Of a stretch of DNA of 64,000 nucleotides, positions 36,059 to 51,864 are shown piece by piece (the first letter of the stretch is position 1; every line of letters begins with the position of its first letter). The DNA is taken from the NCBI GenBank assembly GCA_951406725.2, contig OX597818.1:186001-250000 (forward strand). Direction: 5' to 3'. Position numbers and translations under genes: made by a program. The DNA comes from Octopus vulgaris. Taxonomy: Eukaryota. The notes under the pieces are model-generated. The model was given only the letters and a program-made list of their open reading frames with translations, was not told the DNA's origin and did not search any database.

Positions 36059-39000
36059 CACTACAACTGAACCTAGAACCATGTGGCTTGTAAGCAAGCT
36101 ACTTACCACACAGCCACTCCTGCGCCTATATATATCACACATATACATAAATACAATCATTTAAAGGATGTTGCACCTTTCATAAAAGTTTTCACCTCCT
36201 TCTTTGAGCAACAAATTCCTTCTCACCTGCCATTAGTATCTAATCCATCTCCACTTTGTTCTGAAAACAGAAGTGAATAAGTGTTGCTGAGGGTATACAT
36301 TTGTAAATAGGGATGTGTGTGTATGTATGCATGCATGCATGTATGTACGTACGTACATGCAAGTCTACAGAGATACATGAATCTACAGTAGACATTTTTA
36401 TATATGTTTGATATTGCAGTGAAGACAGCTGGAAAGTAATGTAATATTGTTCTCAAACTTTGTTGCTTCATTGATGTAACAAATGTCGAAGGGGATCAAA
36501 CTCTTAAATCTGCTGGCTACAAAAGCTACAAGTCATAAGTTGTTGCATTGTGGTAATGACTGTCATCTAAGTTCTGAAGCACATTGACTGCAAAATATGA
36601 CTGCTGGTACTACATCTCATGTTGTTTATTTTGCTTCACATCACTAGATTTATCAGTTTTTTTTCAATAGTTACAGAGACAAGAATTTCCTAGTTATGTT
36701 AATGGTTATATATGTTGTAAGGAAGGGGGCATTGCATCAAATGTTTTTCTTCCTAGTATTGCTATTATATGAAGAGTGTTTCTAATATACTATTTCTCAG
36801 TGTTATACTTACATTATAATAGAAGGAAATATTTTTATCAGAGTAGTGGTAGGACAATTTTGAGTTATACCATCCATACCTTTTTAGAGCCAGTGTGAAA
36901 ATAAAAGCTATTTACTGAGTGATATGGTAGTAAAGTATTTCCTAAAATTTCATGACAGATGTAAATATAGAGTAGAAATCTATTATGTCAAATTGTGGAA
37001 ATCCACAGAGTGCTTTATGTTCCATACTGTTGATACGAGTGGCACTACAGTTCTACTTTCCTAATTTCATGGTGTTTCTTCTCTTGAGATTAAGCATTAA
37101 CTAAATCCAAATCATTTTGAGGGGTCTATTAATCTAGGCTTGGGAATGGATAGGAAATTGTCCTTAGAGTACTTAGTATTCATGATGAGGTAGTCTATGT
37201 GGTCTTCTAGTTTCAGTTGGGAGATATTTTTGATTGTAGTAGAGTGTAGCTCATCAGCATCATTATCATCTAGCATCCGTTTTTCATACTAGCAGATTGT
37301 TTGAAAGGGTTTTGTGTAATTATTTAGGCAGTTTTAGAAAGAGTTAGTATAGTGTCAGAATTTTATCTTAAAGAGAAGAGGTTAATTTTGAAGTTTACAA
37401 GATTTTTTCAAAACCTAGGAGTGGGTAGATGGGTAATGAAGTGCCAAGCAATCCAAGAGGAAGGAACCTATGAGAGAGGAAGGTCAAAGAAAATACAGGC
37501 AAGAATCATGTAAGTTGATCTCAGGAAACTGACCTTCATGAAGGAAATAATAATGGACTACAACAAAAAAAGGGATGACTGTATTGAAGAAGACCCATAC
37601 AAGCATGGGAAAATAAATGTAAACTAATGATGAAGGTAGCATACATAATTATTCACCAAAGGTTCAATTTAAAATTTAAAGCTACTGTAAATTAAATAGC
37701 CATAGTTTCAAACTTGAAATATATTTAAGGTAAAGAAAAAAAAATCTATTTGAGTATAATTCATTCATTTTTATGCCTATTTTCCATACTCGCAAGAACT
37801 ACACATATATCACAAAGCACTCTTTTACAATTGGATACCCTTTCAGTTACTCACCCTGGACTTTTTTTTTCTCCTGTAAGCAATGTCTTATACCACACAT
37901 CATTGTCTGCAGGTGCAAAGCCAGCAGACAATTCTTTGGTAGCAGAAAAGATAGTAACTTCTCCACCCATAGCTGAATGAATTTTTAGGCTGCTTTCTGC
38001 CTACCAAATCCACTCACAAGGCTCAGAGCTACAGTGGAAGATACTTGTCCAAAGTGCTACACAGTGGGATTGAACCTGAAACTATGGTTGGAAAGCACAC
38101 TCCTTAGCCATGCCTGTACCTGTGTACATACAAACACAAGAACACATACACAAACACACACATCTATACATGCACTAAAACTTAAATGTACTAAAATTTC
38201 AAGAATGCTGCAAAATTCCTGTTTATCACAAATAATATTGAAATTGTTTTTGGAGAAGAATGTGCCTTAATGACAGAATTAGTAATGTATGGTAAATGAT
38301 AATGAAATTTAATATGACTGTTGTTTTGTAGTCTCTGTTCATAAACTTAATGGATTTCTGCCCCCCCCCCCACTCTCTCTCTCACACACACACACAATGA
38401 AAAAAATATTGAACATTTTCTGACTGTATGACATTTGCCATTTCCTTCATTTAACAATTAAATAATTTCTTTCTCTGATGAATTATTTTTTTTTCTATTG
38501 CTGATTGTTGCAAGAACAAATTTAACTAGTTGTTTTGATAATTAGTTCTTTAGACAAAGTACAACATCAGCTTTTGTAAAAGAATTATAAAAGAAATGTT
38601 AAAGCATTAGAAACACGCTTCTTACTATTTGCCCCAGCTCTTCATATTCTCTGTTCTAATCCCTTTTGGAGCTGATAAAAATAAAGTACCAATCAAGTAC
38701 AGGAAATAACGGTACTGACTAATCCCCTCCCCTCAAACCTGATGATTTTCTGTCTAAATTAGAGTCAGACATTATATGTATAAAGAAAAATAATTAAGCC
38801 ATCGACTCTGTTAGGATTTGGTCTTGGAGGGTCTGTGAAGATTTAAGGTACAGCCCTTGCCACCAGATTAAACAATGATCAACAAGTCCTTTAATGAAGT
38901 ATACAGAACACTTCTTTAAAATCTCTGATGACAAACTTAAAATGAATGACATTAATTGTTTAATAAGTTTTTAATTAGTTCTTTAAATTAATTTGTCAGA

Positions 39001-40689
39001 TTTAAATCATTACAATTGTCATTTATCCTGTTGTTGTTTAGTCCCATGTTAACCCAAAGTGTGCAGAGCTATGATCAAAGGTCTCCATAACAATTCTGTC
39101 TTTTTTTTAAGGAATATCTCATGCATGAATGATTAAATATACATAGGGCATGTGTAATGTGTGAATTTAGCAGCTCTTTTTAGCAAGTAGAGCAATCACA
39201 GAGAGGCTATTTTACTGGTTTGGCCTTGCCAATAAACCATACTAATATGATCAGATTTGGAGTGACTGTGAAGGTGGTAAGCATGGCCCATTTTCTACAG
39301 ATCCAGTAGAAAAAGAATGTTTTTTTAAAAAAAAAAGTGCCTGAAATTTAGAAACATTTAGAAAAGAAATATCACCAATAAATACACAAAGATAAATATG
39401 ATTTATTTTACTGTTTATAATTCATATATATATATCCAAACTGAGAGAGGATTTACAAAGTGAATGTATATGCAACAATTGGGTCATTTGCAGGTAATGC
39501 TGTTATGAAAATCTGCATATTGATGGTAAAACAAAGAACAAAGTTAGTGTGGAAAGAGGTCTGTGGAAAGATGATGCAAGTGTAGATTATTGTCGGCGGT
39601 GTGATTATTGGTAAAAGAAAACAGCTTGTTGAAAAGAATTGTGGCCCTCGAATCATTTGTTTGGCAAAAATCCAACACACTTACACTATTAGGAAGAACA
39701 TCAAAAATAAACTGCAGCTGTCTGTGGAGAACATCTCATTTGAAGTTGCAGACACAGTGAAATTGGTTTACCAATAGACAAAGTCAAACAATTCTAATAC
39801 AATTGAAATCATGTTTCTCCAGAGCCTATATTTTGTACAAACACCACACACATACAAACTTAGACATGCATTCAGCTTTATACTGAACTCTTAATATGAT
39901 GTTTATGTGTGAAATTTAATTTATCAAGATAGCATACATGTATATACATGTATGTACATATAGACTTTGTGTATATAAGTACCGATGTAGATTTCAGTAT
40001 TCAGTTGTCTTTTTCTTCTTTCACCATATATATACACACACATACATACATAATGCATGCACACACACACACACACACATTCCTTTTTCTGGTTTTAAGG
40101 ATAATTCTTTATTTTCTTTTCTCTAATCTTGGAATAATCTTGAAATAATCTTCATGTATTTTTATTTTTTTGTTGTGGTTTAATGGAAAATTATCAAAGA
40201 AATTTCGAAAAGTTATTTTTTCTTTATATATTTTGTGTACTGTTTTTTTTTTCTGTCTTTCTCAGATGAGAAAATGACAAGAAATTAGTAAAATATAGAG
40301 TACTGATATAGTGGTGGTAGTAATTGTAGGGCTACAGTTGGTGGTAGTAGAGATACAATTGGTGTGGGGGCTGGCAGGGGAAAGTGTCCTCATACATACA
40401 TATATATATATATATATCTACATACACACAACACGTGTGTGTGTGTGTGCATGGAAGGCAATAATAGTGAAAAGTGTATAGCACAACCTGTGAATAGCAA
40501 GAAAGAATGTCTTTGTAATAATATCAAATGAGCAGCATTAATTACTGAAAGAATACAACAGTTTTCATAATTGGGAATCACAATCACAGAATTCCTCTCT
40601 CAATACTATTTTGCTGCCCCATTTTAATATTTTCAAATATTTATACACAATTAGATACATACATATACACATATGTAATATATATATAG

Positions 40690-40743
<54 letters not shown>

Positions 40744-41664
40744 CACACACACACACATACAAACATACATACAAACTGAATTGTGGGTGGTTAACAAAAA
40801 CACATATTTACAATATTTTCCCCATCAAAATGTCATTTCTTTTTATTGTGTCAGGCTAAAACTGATATTTGATATTGATATTTCATGTTGGAAGAAAGAG
40901 AAAGATGTATGTACCATGTCCATCATTAACAATTTACAGTGGAAAATACTATAGTTAGAAATAAACAAACAAAAAAAGAACTGAACCAACATACAACTGG
41001 AAGAAAAGACCATCTTCCAATATATATTATTTCAATATTGTATGAAGACTGTAACAAATCTAAAAAACAAAACAATGTTTTGTCATAAAAAGCAACAATA
41101 TAAGTTCACTTAAAATTTACCAGTAAGAAATCATAGCATCTACACTGAACTCCACATCCATATAGTTTATTGGGATATGTGTTTTATATTGTTTCTTTTG
41201 TTATTGTTTTAGAAAGAAGAAATAAAATAGATAAGAGAAAAGAGAATATACTAGACATTTTTATCAGTGGTATATACTTGTCTATAAACATTACATATTC
41301 TCTGAGTGTGTTTTAGTTCACTTCTCTAATATAAACTCCGAATAACTTAAGAAATTTCGAATATTTTTAAAAAGTCAATTACATATGTAAACTGATTACA
41401 AAATAAAAGTTATTATTTTAAAATCCTAATTCTAATGAAAGTTACACAATCAACAGCATGCACACACTCACTGATGCACACAATACAATTTAAAGTTATA
41501 CAGTGATGTTGTTGTTGTTGTAAGTGGTTGTCATGGTGTTTGTGGAGGTGTAAAGACTAATTTCACTGCTTAATATGAGTTATCTCAATAGTCTGAGCAA
41601 GAGTTGATTGATTGCAAGAACTAGTTATGTTACAAAATGTAGATGACCATATATACAAACAAAA

Positions 41665-41717
<53 letters not shown>

Positions 41718-41903
41718 CCCAGCAGATTATTACCACAAACATGTAGATTGATGTAAAAAGAAGTGGAGGGGATATTGGTTTATGAAAGAGCTGGATATTA
41801 CAGAAATTTATCTCATCAAATCTCAGACACATGGGACTATTCTACACTTGTAATTAGTTTCTCCTGCCTCTTGGCTTACCATATACATACATGTACACAT
41901 ATA

Positions 41904-41991
<88 letters not shown>

Positions 41992-42035
41992 TATTTATCT
42001 GTTAGGATAAAAGTGGAGTGTAGACACTGAGTCCA

Positions 42036-42590
<555 letters not shown>

Positions 42591-44799
42591 TTATGTCAGG
42601 AATTTCCAACAAGGTCAAAATTATTGGTTGGAACCATTGAAAGAAAAAACCTTTTCTAACTGAAAACAACAAAGGAAGCTCTATGAAATGTAAGAACAGT
42701 AGCTATAATAGAATATAGGGAAAGAAACTACAGTATAGTGAAGCGATAGTAGCTATAGTATAGGGACAGTAGTTATAGTAGCTAAACTAAAATATATTCT
42801 TGAAGGAAAGTAACAGCGTCACATGCCATGTATGAAGTTTATCTGTCATTCAGATGATGTTAGAATGAGGTGTACCAAATAATGACATCTACCAGGTGTC
42901 TATGATAACATAAGAATAATAGCTAATACAACATCAACAAAACAGCCTTTGTGATAGATATCAATATACTTTCAATGTTATTATATTAGTTTTATATGGA
43001 TGGATTACACACACACACTCACTGTCAAAGACCAGCTGCAAACAGACAACCACTGACACACACATAAAGACACTAACAGACAACTACTGACACATACAGT
43101 CTGTTACATACAAAGAAACTAACACATGCAGACACAAATACAAAGATATATATATGACTATGAGGCCATTTTGTATTTGTCACAGGTTACAAAAGAATTC
43201 ACTTAACATGTAATGTGGAACAACCATGTAGCAACATGTGCAGAAGCATGGAACTGATAATGAAGTGATGGAAATATATTACTGAGGTGTCTATGAAACA
43301 CACAACATAATTATAATTGAACAGAATTTCAGAAGAATGAGTCTTGTTCTGTTGCTAAGATGGTTATAATCAACAAATTGGCTGACAACAAAACAATAGC
43401 AAGAGGAGGATGAAGAGAATGAAAGGAGAGAAGGTAGAAAAAGAATAAGAGTAAAGCATAGGTAACTTTAGTAATTGTTAACTCTGTGTGTGTGTATTTA
43501 TATGAAGAGAGCAGCATGACAGCATTGTTTGGGCAGTGAAGTGACAGTGATGAAAGCTAAAGAAGAATTTGATTAATTTTAAAGTTGAACATGGTTCTGA
43601 AAAATTTGATGAATTATTTAATGAAAAATCAGATATTAGATGCTCTCTCCCTCAAATGATTTCATGATCATAGTGCTAACTTTGTTCAAACGTGATAAAT
43701 TACACACACAGATGTTTTTTTAAAGGTTCTCCAGTAGTCTTGATGATGAGGGACTATTGTTCAATCAACTGAATTTCTCGCTCCTGAATGAATAGGTAAG
43801 TGGTTGAGTATTCCACAAACATAACATAGCATGTGACAAGACTGTACCTTTCGAATTAGGGGTAAAAATCTACCTGATGGGTTTCTGTACAGTTTCCATC
43901 TATCCAGTTTCACTCACAAGGTATGGAGCAACCTAAGGTCGTGACATTTGCTCAAGAAGCCACACAATGAGATTGAACCCAAAACTTCATAGTAGCAAAG
44001 CCTAATTCTTAACCATACAGCTATATGCATACACACAAACACAGAAACTGAAAGAAGCCTGTAACGTGTGTGTGCATGCACGCACATTTGTGTCTGTGTT
44101 TGTTTACATTTGAAATATGTGAAACAAAAGATCTCTTACTTGAAAAACAGGTAGAGATTAGAAAAAGGAAGGGCATCCAGATCTAAAACAATATCTCAAT
44201 GAAACACTTGTGCAAGAACCCATATTAGCACGGAAAAATTAAAGAATTTTGAAATTTATTTAATTTCTTCTGATTTACGCTAAAATGTGCATATATAATT
44301 AGTGATGAACAATCAAAAGCATGAATCTGAAAATTAGGCTATTCACTATTGTACTAGCTTAATTAATGTTTTCTAGAGCATTTCAGTTGTGTGCTGATTG
44401 GGTAAGAAAATTGGGTATGTTTTCTTTAAGGAGTTGTCAACAAACTATGAAATAGTCTGTTGGGAGACCCTTCCCATTTTTCCCCACTGCATATCAATAT
44501 TATAGAAAGAATGTGTTTACATTTCCATTATACCCACAGTGAGGCTTTTTCATACATAATATATATGAACACTTTTTTGATGCTCACTTTTTCAAGTTCA
44601 CATAAGATGGAATTCATTGAGGAAGATTTTCTATGGCTGAATACTCTTCCTGTTACCTGCACTTAGCAGTTTCCAAGGAAGGTATTTTTCTATGGTGAGA
44701 CATTTCCACAGAAAATGTAAAAGAACAGCCCCACTTGTATGACAGTGATGCTTATTTGTAACTATACACGTTTGTGTGAGCATGTGTAGCTCTCCCCCC

Positions 44800-44868
<69 letters not shown>

Positions 44869-46022
44869 AAATCCACTAATAAGTCCTTAGTAATTTTGGC
44901 TATAGTAGAAGGCACTCGCTTAAAATCTCATGCAGTGGAACTTAACCTGCAACCATATGTTTGGGAAGCAAACTTTTTAATCATCAGCCATGGTATATAA
45001 ATATTTATATATTTGCAGCATGCATCCAGTTTGCCTGCCTGACAATAAAAAAAAATTCACCTTTATTGCACAGCCAAGTAGTGGGAAAGAAATCTGGGTG
45101 TAAAAAACATTGTTCTAATATAATTTATCTTGTTGATGCAAGTTTGGAAAGAAAGGAAAAAAAAAAATTATAACAGAAAAAACCCCTCAAAAGCTTCTGA
45201 ATGTGCCAGTTTGTAGAAGAGTAATTTGAGATTGTAGAAATAAAATCAATTTTTTTACAGAGACTTTGTAAATAAGTAATAAACAAACTTTGAAGTAACA
45301 AAGAAATAATTAGCTAAAAATTCTTAGAGTTACCATTTTCTTCATATACCACACCTTTCCCTCTCTCAATACTATTATCTCGTCTTTCCATTCTTCCTTT
45401 CTCTCCTCTTCACTCATTAGGTGTTTCTTCTCTCAGGCAAACAGTCATAGCTTGACTAATAAGAAAATACATACACACTGTTTTACTATCTTAGTACTTC
45501 TAACCATTGGGCTGTTGACATGCTGGAGCACCATCAATACAAAGAAGGGAAACAAAGACATTTATTTATACAGATACACTGATTCAATCAGTTTGGCAGT
45601 TTGATGATATGGGTTGGCAGGCAGGGACAACTTGGACACTGTTCTCTTACAAGCTTAGTCCAGTGAGGTAGCAATAGTTACTCCATTACAATTGTGGTTG
45701 TGAGACCAAAGAGGAGAAGGTAGCAAACCCAGTCACTCGTGGCCCATAATTACATGACTGAGAATGAATTGTTAAAAACTGGAGAATCAAGAAAAGACTG
45801 ATTTTCTAATATTTGATACCAAACACTATTTTACAATACAACTACGACATTAAAGAAAAACAAACACACAGTTTAACTATAATCAATTGAAGCAGCTGTT
45901 AGCAATATGCTATTCTGCACATCACATTTTCCACTTGAGTGAAGTCCCTAATTGTAGAGACTACATACACATGCACACACACACAGTGTCTTTGTGGATA
46001 GGTAACAAATATATGCGTGTGG

Positions 46023-46062
46023 TTTCTGATGAAGTTCCTGAGTAGGACCAAAACCAGTTGAA
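46023..46062 (+). ncRNA. Degenerate minimal hammerhead-like motif (Penelope remnant)
   Basis: CTGATGAA-GTTCCT-gagt-AGGACC-AAAA-CCAG-TT: CUGAUGA core and stem II present, with the GAAA motif mutated. Confidence 0.35.
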
Positions 46063-47008
46063 CTGATCATTCATTTTCTGCTTTTTGTGAGATTGTAGAG
46101 GCAATTATTTACATTTGCTTTGCTTTTTACAATTACAATTGTAATGTCAAATGAAACTTGCATAACTACAATAGATTCATTTTATGGTACTACTATACTG
46201 TATAGACAGTGTGTGTGTGTGTATATACAGAAACACACACAGTAATATTATGTGCTAGTTACAAAAGATTAAATACACTGTACCATTACACAATATAGAA
46301 ACACAATGTGATCTCAGACATGAGTAAACTTATGATATTAATTATACATATGACCAAATCCCATTATATGAATTCTTACTGAAGAGGATATTATATGGCA
46401 ATGAGAAGCTTGTTATTTTGTCTTTGATATTAAACATTTCTGAATTATTCCTCTCTCTCTCTCTTCCCCCATGTACTGTATCTGTTTTACAGGCACTGGA
46501 CCTCCATGCCAATGTCTTAAAATTCATGAATTTTCGTGGCAAAGGTAAAGCAATTTTTTTCTCATTGCCTTTTGCCAGTTTAGCCTTCTGCTCTATTAGC
46601 CTTCTGAGCTGACCCTTAAGGTATAGTGTGGACATATGACACTCCTTAAGTCAAGCTCTCCACTGAGCCCTGTATACCCTAACCACAAGACCGTAACTGG
46701 TGTACTGACAGATACTCAACACTCCTGGGAAGAGTGATGACTAAAGGGTGTCTCCATGCTCCCAAAAATTCTTGAACTCCTGAGCTAGAATCTCACCACC
46801 AGTTGCAGCTTAATGTGAAATATAAATTTACTCCAATGCTACAAGTTGCACTTTACTTCCATCCTGGTTAAGAATACATTCCATCATTGTCCTTAAATAT
46901 AAGGACCAGAGTCAGTTCTAAAACTTAAAATAAACAAATCATAGCATCTGTTCTTATAAACCCTTCATAAAAAGCTAAATATAAAATATGTATAAAAGAA
47001 AACACCAC

Positions 47009-47155
47009 CTGTTGGATTTGTTTCTCACGTAGTTGTACTTGTTGTTGGACTAATTGTTCCCTTAATAAGGCTTCTTCTTGGAGTTTCCTCTCCAATTCTT
47101 CTCTTTTCAAGCGTTCTTCCTGCAATGCTACCATTTCACTCTCTCTCTGTTTCAC
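47009..47155 (-). CDS. PHLDB2: PHLDB-family penultimate coding exon (coiled coil)
   Basis: ttttcacag|VKQRESEMVALQEERLKREELERKLQEEALLREQLVQQQVQLREKQIQQ|gtggtg; 147 nt, phase 0/0; joins in frame to ARPLTRYLP as in PHLDB proteins. Confidence 0.9.
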
Positions 47156-48439
47156 CTGTGAAAAAGAAAACAAAAAATGTTTTAATTTAATACTTTTCTC
47201 TAAAACTTACAGAATTGTTATTAGGAGGAAAATATAATTAATACTTGAAGTATGATATTTAATTGAAAATGTCAAAATATTTGCTACTATCAAAACAAAA
47301 GTAATAAATATAGAGTGTTTGTTATTTATTTTATTAAAAGAAAACTGGGTAAATGTTAAATGGTACTTGGATTTATTCAAGTGTTCTCTTAAGAAGAGAA
47401 AAAGAAGTTTCAAAGTATCAAAACCCTGGGGCAAAAAAGAAAATCTAAGCAGTTTATTTGCTACATATGTAAAATTAAAACTAATTTATGGAAATTATTT
47501 TTAAAAAATCCTGAATAAATTAGGAAAAATAAATTAAAATTTCAATAAAATCTTGCAAAGATAAATTAGATCATACCTTAGGGATATTTTTAATGACTAA
47601 TATCTAGCTAAATTTTCTATTGAAGAAATTTTCTATTGAAGAAATTTGACTGTTTTGCAGAAGATTAGAAGTTAAATATATTCCTTTTAAACATTATGCA
47701 AATAAGAAACAATGTGTTCAAATGTCTGAGATGTGATGTTCTTAAGATGATCAATCATAACTGTCTAGACTGTAAACCTCATTCTTAGATGGTATTTTGG
47801 TTACTTTGATATAGAAGTGCCTTGGGTAACTTTGTTATGTAAGAATTAGGTCAGGAGCTATGTACACACATTCTTGAAGAAGCGAAACATCATACAATAG
47901 TAGCAGATCAAAACAGAGCGTAGAAGGAAACATTGTAAAGTCTTCTGCAAAGTAGCATTAGTAGTTTGACAAAACTTTAAACTAATATCACAATAACTAC
48001 TGACTTGGCGTGAAGAATTTTGGTATTCTTGAAGATTTTGTATTTATAGAGTACATCTACAGTAAATGTTTATCGAGTAGATGTACAGTGGTTATTTGTA
48101 GAGTACATGTACACATACTCTATAAATACAAAGTATATCTGCAGTAGGTCAACCTCAAAGAACCCTCTCCAAGTAAATTACATGGAGAAATTAAACTCAA
48201 ACTGTGTTCCAATAAAATATCACCATGAATCTAGCAGTGAACTGCAGCCTGTTCTTCATGGCAACTCTTGGCAGCAAGAAGGATGCAGTAATTTCTGAAT
48301 AACATAATACTGGAAATCAATGGAAACTGGTGGTGGCTTGTGTCAGCAAGAGTTTTGGTCTCTTTATTGGTACCAACATTGCTCTGTTACCTCTGAAGAA
48401 GGATAAGTGTCCTCCATCACTTATATTATCTTACAAACA

Positions 48440-48797
48440 TTCATTTGATTGCAGCTATGCTTAAGCACCACCTTCAAGGGTTTTAGTTGAACAAATCGAC
48501 CTCAGGGCTTAGTTTTGAAGCCTAACACTTATTCTATGGGTCTCTTTTGCCGAACCGCTAAGTTACAGGGACATAAACACACCAACACTGGTTGTCAAGC
48601 AGTGATGGGGGGACAAACACAGACACAGATATATATATATGTACACACACACACACACACATACACTCATATATACATGATGGGCTTCTTTCAGTTTCCA
48701 TCTACCAAATCTACTCATGAGGTTCCACACAGTAGGACTGAACCAGGAACCATATGGTTGGGAAGCAATCTTTTTACCACACAGCCACGGCTGCACC
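48440..48797 (-). mobile_element. SINE (dominant family)
   Basis: Similarity to the other copies. Confidence 0.8.
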
Positions 48798-50320
48798 TAT
48801 TTGTAGATAAAGCTTAACTGTAATAAACAAAAGCTTGTGAACTTTCGTTTAGCTGAATGGTACCTTTCTGACCTGGCCAGCTACAATTCTCACATATCAA
48901 TCAAAGATGCTCATAATGTCTTTTATTTTTTAATTAACAAATAACTGAAATTACTGAAACCAAATGGCATCTAATTCTATGAATTATCAAGTTGAAACAC
49001 TGATAACTTTTGGACAAATTTCAAATTGATTTTTGAAGTGATTAGTAAGGGTTTCTTTTTCTCATCAAAGATCTGCAACTTGGAAAGATTTTTCTATGAT
49101 TTAAGCAGATGTTTAACTGTGAAGAAGGAAGTCTAAATTAACTAAAGTAGAATTATCAAGTATAAAACTGAGATGAAGTTTCATCTGGGAAATATTTGAT
49201 CTTCACGGAATTTCTATTGACAGAATTTCTGATTTTAGTTTTGCATCTTAGCACTTGGGACACCCCATTGATGAAATACTTTCTTATTGTTTTACTGCTC
49301 AACAAACAATTTAATGCCATTACCTTTTGAGAGAACTACAACTATTTCATAATTATTTACAGAATTTCATAGAAATAAATCTAATGAAGAATAACATCCT
49401 TTGAAAGCTGTAAATCACCCCTAACTGTAGTAGGATTACAAATATAAATTAAACACAAAGTTGTAAACTACACAAACACAAGCAAATGATGGAGACTTTG
49501 TCTTGATCACTAATCCTGCTTGAAACAACAATCAAATTTCTCTCAAATCATATCCTACATGAATAAAATATCTAAGGACACAGTAGATAATGCTGCCTGG
49601 AATATTTTTGATCAAAGTCTACTCTATGAAGTCTGACCTGGGGCTAAACAGCAAATACACATCAACTATTTAACAATGACATTGTTACAAGATCAATAAA
49701 AAATATCAGGAATTAAATAAGATTAAAAGAAATTAAATGTTGTTGTTGTTTAGCACCAAGTCAGTTTTATTCAGTGTATATAATCAAATATATTCCAGAC
49801 ATTATACTTTTTCTGACATAGTATACCTAGGGTTACATTATCTAAATGATTTATAAGTTGGTGGGTTCTGGTATAAGGGAAATTTGACTATCCTTTCTAA
49901 ACACCAACCATTGTTTAAATCAGTTAAAAGTATTAGGATTTTAAAAAAGATAAGACCAAAAGTAAAAAAAAAGTATATCATGTCAGAGAAGAAGAGTTTT
50001 TCAAATGAAGGTTAAAAACAAGTTAAAACATGTCAAACATTTTAAAGATTTCTTTAATTAAAGAACAGAAAGATTGACATCTAGAGAAGAGCCACTGTAA
50101 AAATCAAACAAACAAAATCCCTAAAATTAAAACAATTAAGTGCCTGAGTTGTGCTTAATTAATAAATACTGGCAAAGTAAAAACTGAAAAAATTGTTATT
50201 ATTCATTGAAAATCAAATTTATTGTTTGATTTTCATTTTAGCAATACTCTGGTATGTATGTATGTGTATCAAATATGCACTTGAAACAATATTAAATTAC
50301 AATAAAAATGTGCATAACAT

Positions 50321-50390
<70 letters not shown>

Positions 50391-50711
50391 ACAATTTTAA
50401 TTGTGATATACTGTCTCAGAGTAATTTCTCAAATAGACTTAAAACTAAAAAAACACAGAGCTTGCGTTAGAATGTCATCAGCAGATAGTCAGACACCATT
50501 CTTCGACCTCAGAGACCAAATGTAGTTAAAACACCAGGTGGATGATCGGCCTACACCATTCTGAGTGACTGCTGTGTTTTTTGATGCACAACTCCCTTTA
50601 AGAAATTTCTAGGAGACAAAATATCACAGCTACCACCATTCTACATTGGTATGTATACTTAATAATTGTTTTACATATCTTTTACCCATACACATCGTTT
50701 TACATATCTTT

Positions 50712-51105
50712 TACCTTTTACTTGTTTCAGTCATTAGACAGCAGCCATGCAGGGTACCACCTTGAATTTTTTGTCAAATGAATCAACCTCAGTACTTCTT
50801 TTTTAAGCCTATTACTTATCTTATCATTCTCTATTGCCAAACCACTAAGTTATGGGGATGTAAACACACCAACACTAGTTGTCAAGCAGTGGTGGGGGAC
50901 AAACACAGGCAGAAAAACATACACACATAGATACATATGTACAATGAACTTCTTTCAGTTTCTGTCTACTGAATTCACTTACAAAGCTTTGGTCAGCCCG
51001 AGGCAATTGTAGAAATCACTTGCCCAAGGTGCTACACAGTGGGAGAGAACCAGGAACCATATGGTTGAAAGCAAGCTTCTTACCACACATAGCCACACCT
51101 GTGCC
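50712..51105 (-). mobile_element. SINE (dominant family)
   Basis: Similarity to the other copies. Confidence 0.85.
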
Positions 51106-51777
51106 TATATATATATTTCATTTTTCATTTTTATAAGAGAAAACTAGAAAGAAAGTACCCATACATACTATATGTACCCTATTTCAATTTTTAAAATCAA
51201 AACCATACTTTTCTTTGGGGTTGGCAGCATGTTTTCTATTTTCTCTCTAGTGATTGACCTAATTCACTGTTTTGAACCTCACCCTCACATACCTCACTAA
51301 GTGACAATACTTAACATTGTGGAACACCCAGTTATTTCACTAGTCAAATATACATGAGTAAAATTAAGTTTAAAGATAAAAGTAAATGTGTTAACATATA
51401 TCAATATGAAAGAATGAAAGATGGTGAAATTGTTCCATAAAATAACAATTACACTGATGGATTCTCCATTTTCATCTCAAAGTTTATGGCTGATGTATTG
51501 AATAATGGGAAAAGTAATACAACTGAGGAACAAATTTGGTAAATAAAAGAAAATCGAAGAAATTAAATTATCATGATTTCTACAAATTTAAATTGCGGGT
51601 AGAGGTGGGAGCAGCAGTATAAATACCTACATATTTATATCCATGAATATATATAAATATAAATAAAGGCATAAGCATTGTTGCATGGTTCAGAAGTCCT
51701 ACTGTTTGGTACTATGGTTAAGTACCAACCAAAGCCTTGTGAGTAGACCTGATAAATAGGAACTGAACAAAGACTAA

Positions 51778-51864
<87 letters not shown>

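Noticed and set aside
35483-36160. 225-aa ORF as a host gene or intact RT
   Set aside because: It is a chimera of SINE heads and an internal RTE fragment, not a complete reverse transcriptase.
50450-50582. Intronic C/D snoRNA or MITE (aaaacacag...ctgtgtttt ends)
   Set aside because: The C and D boxes are not correctly positioned, and the short terminal complementarity is likely chance.
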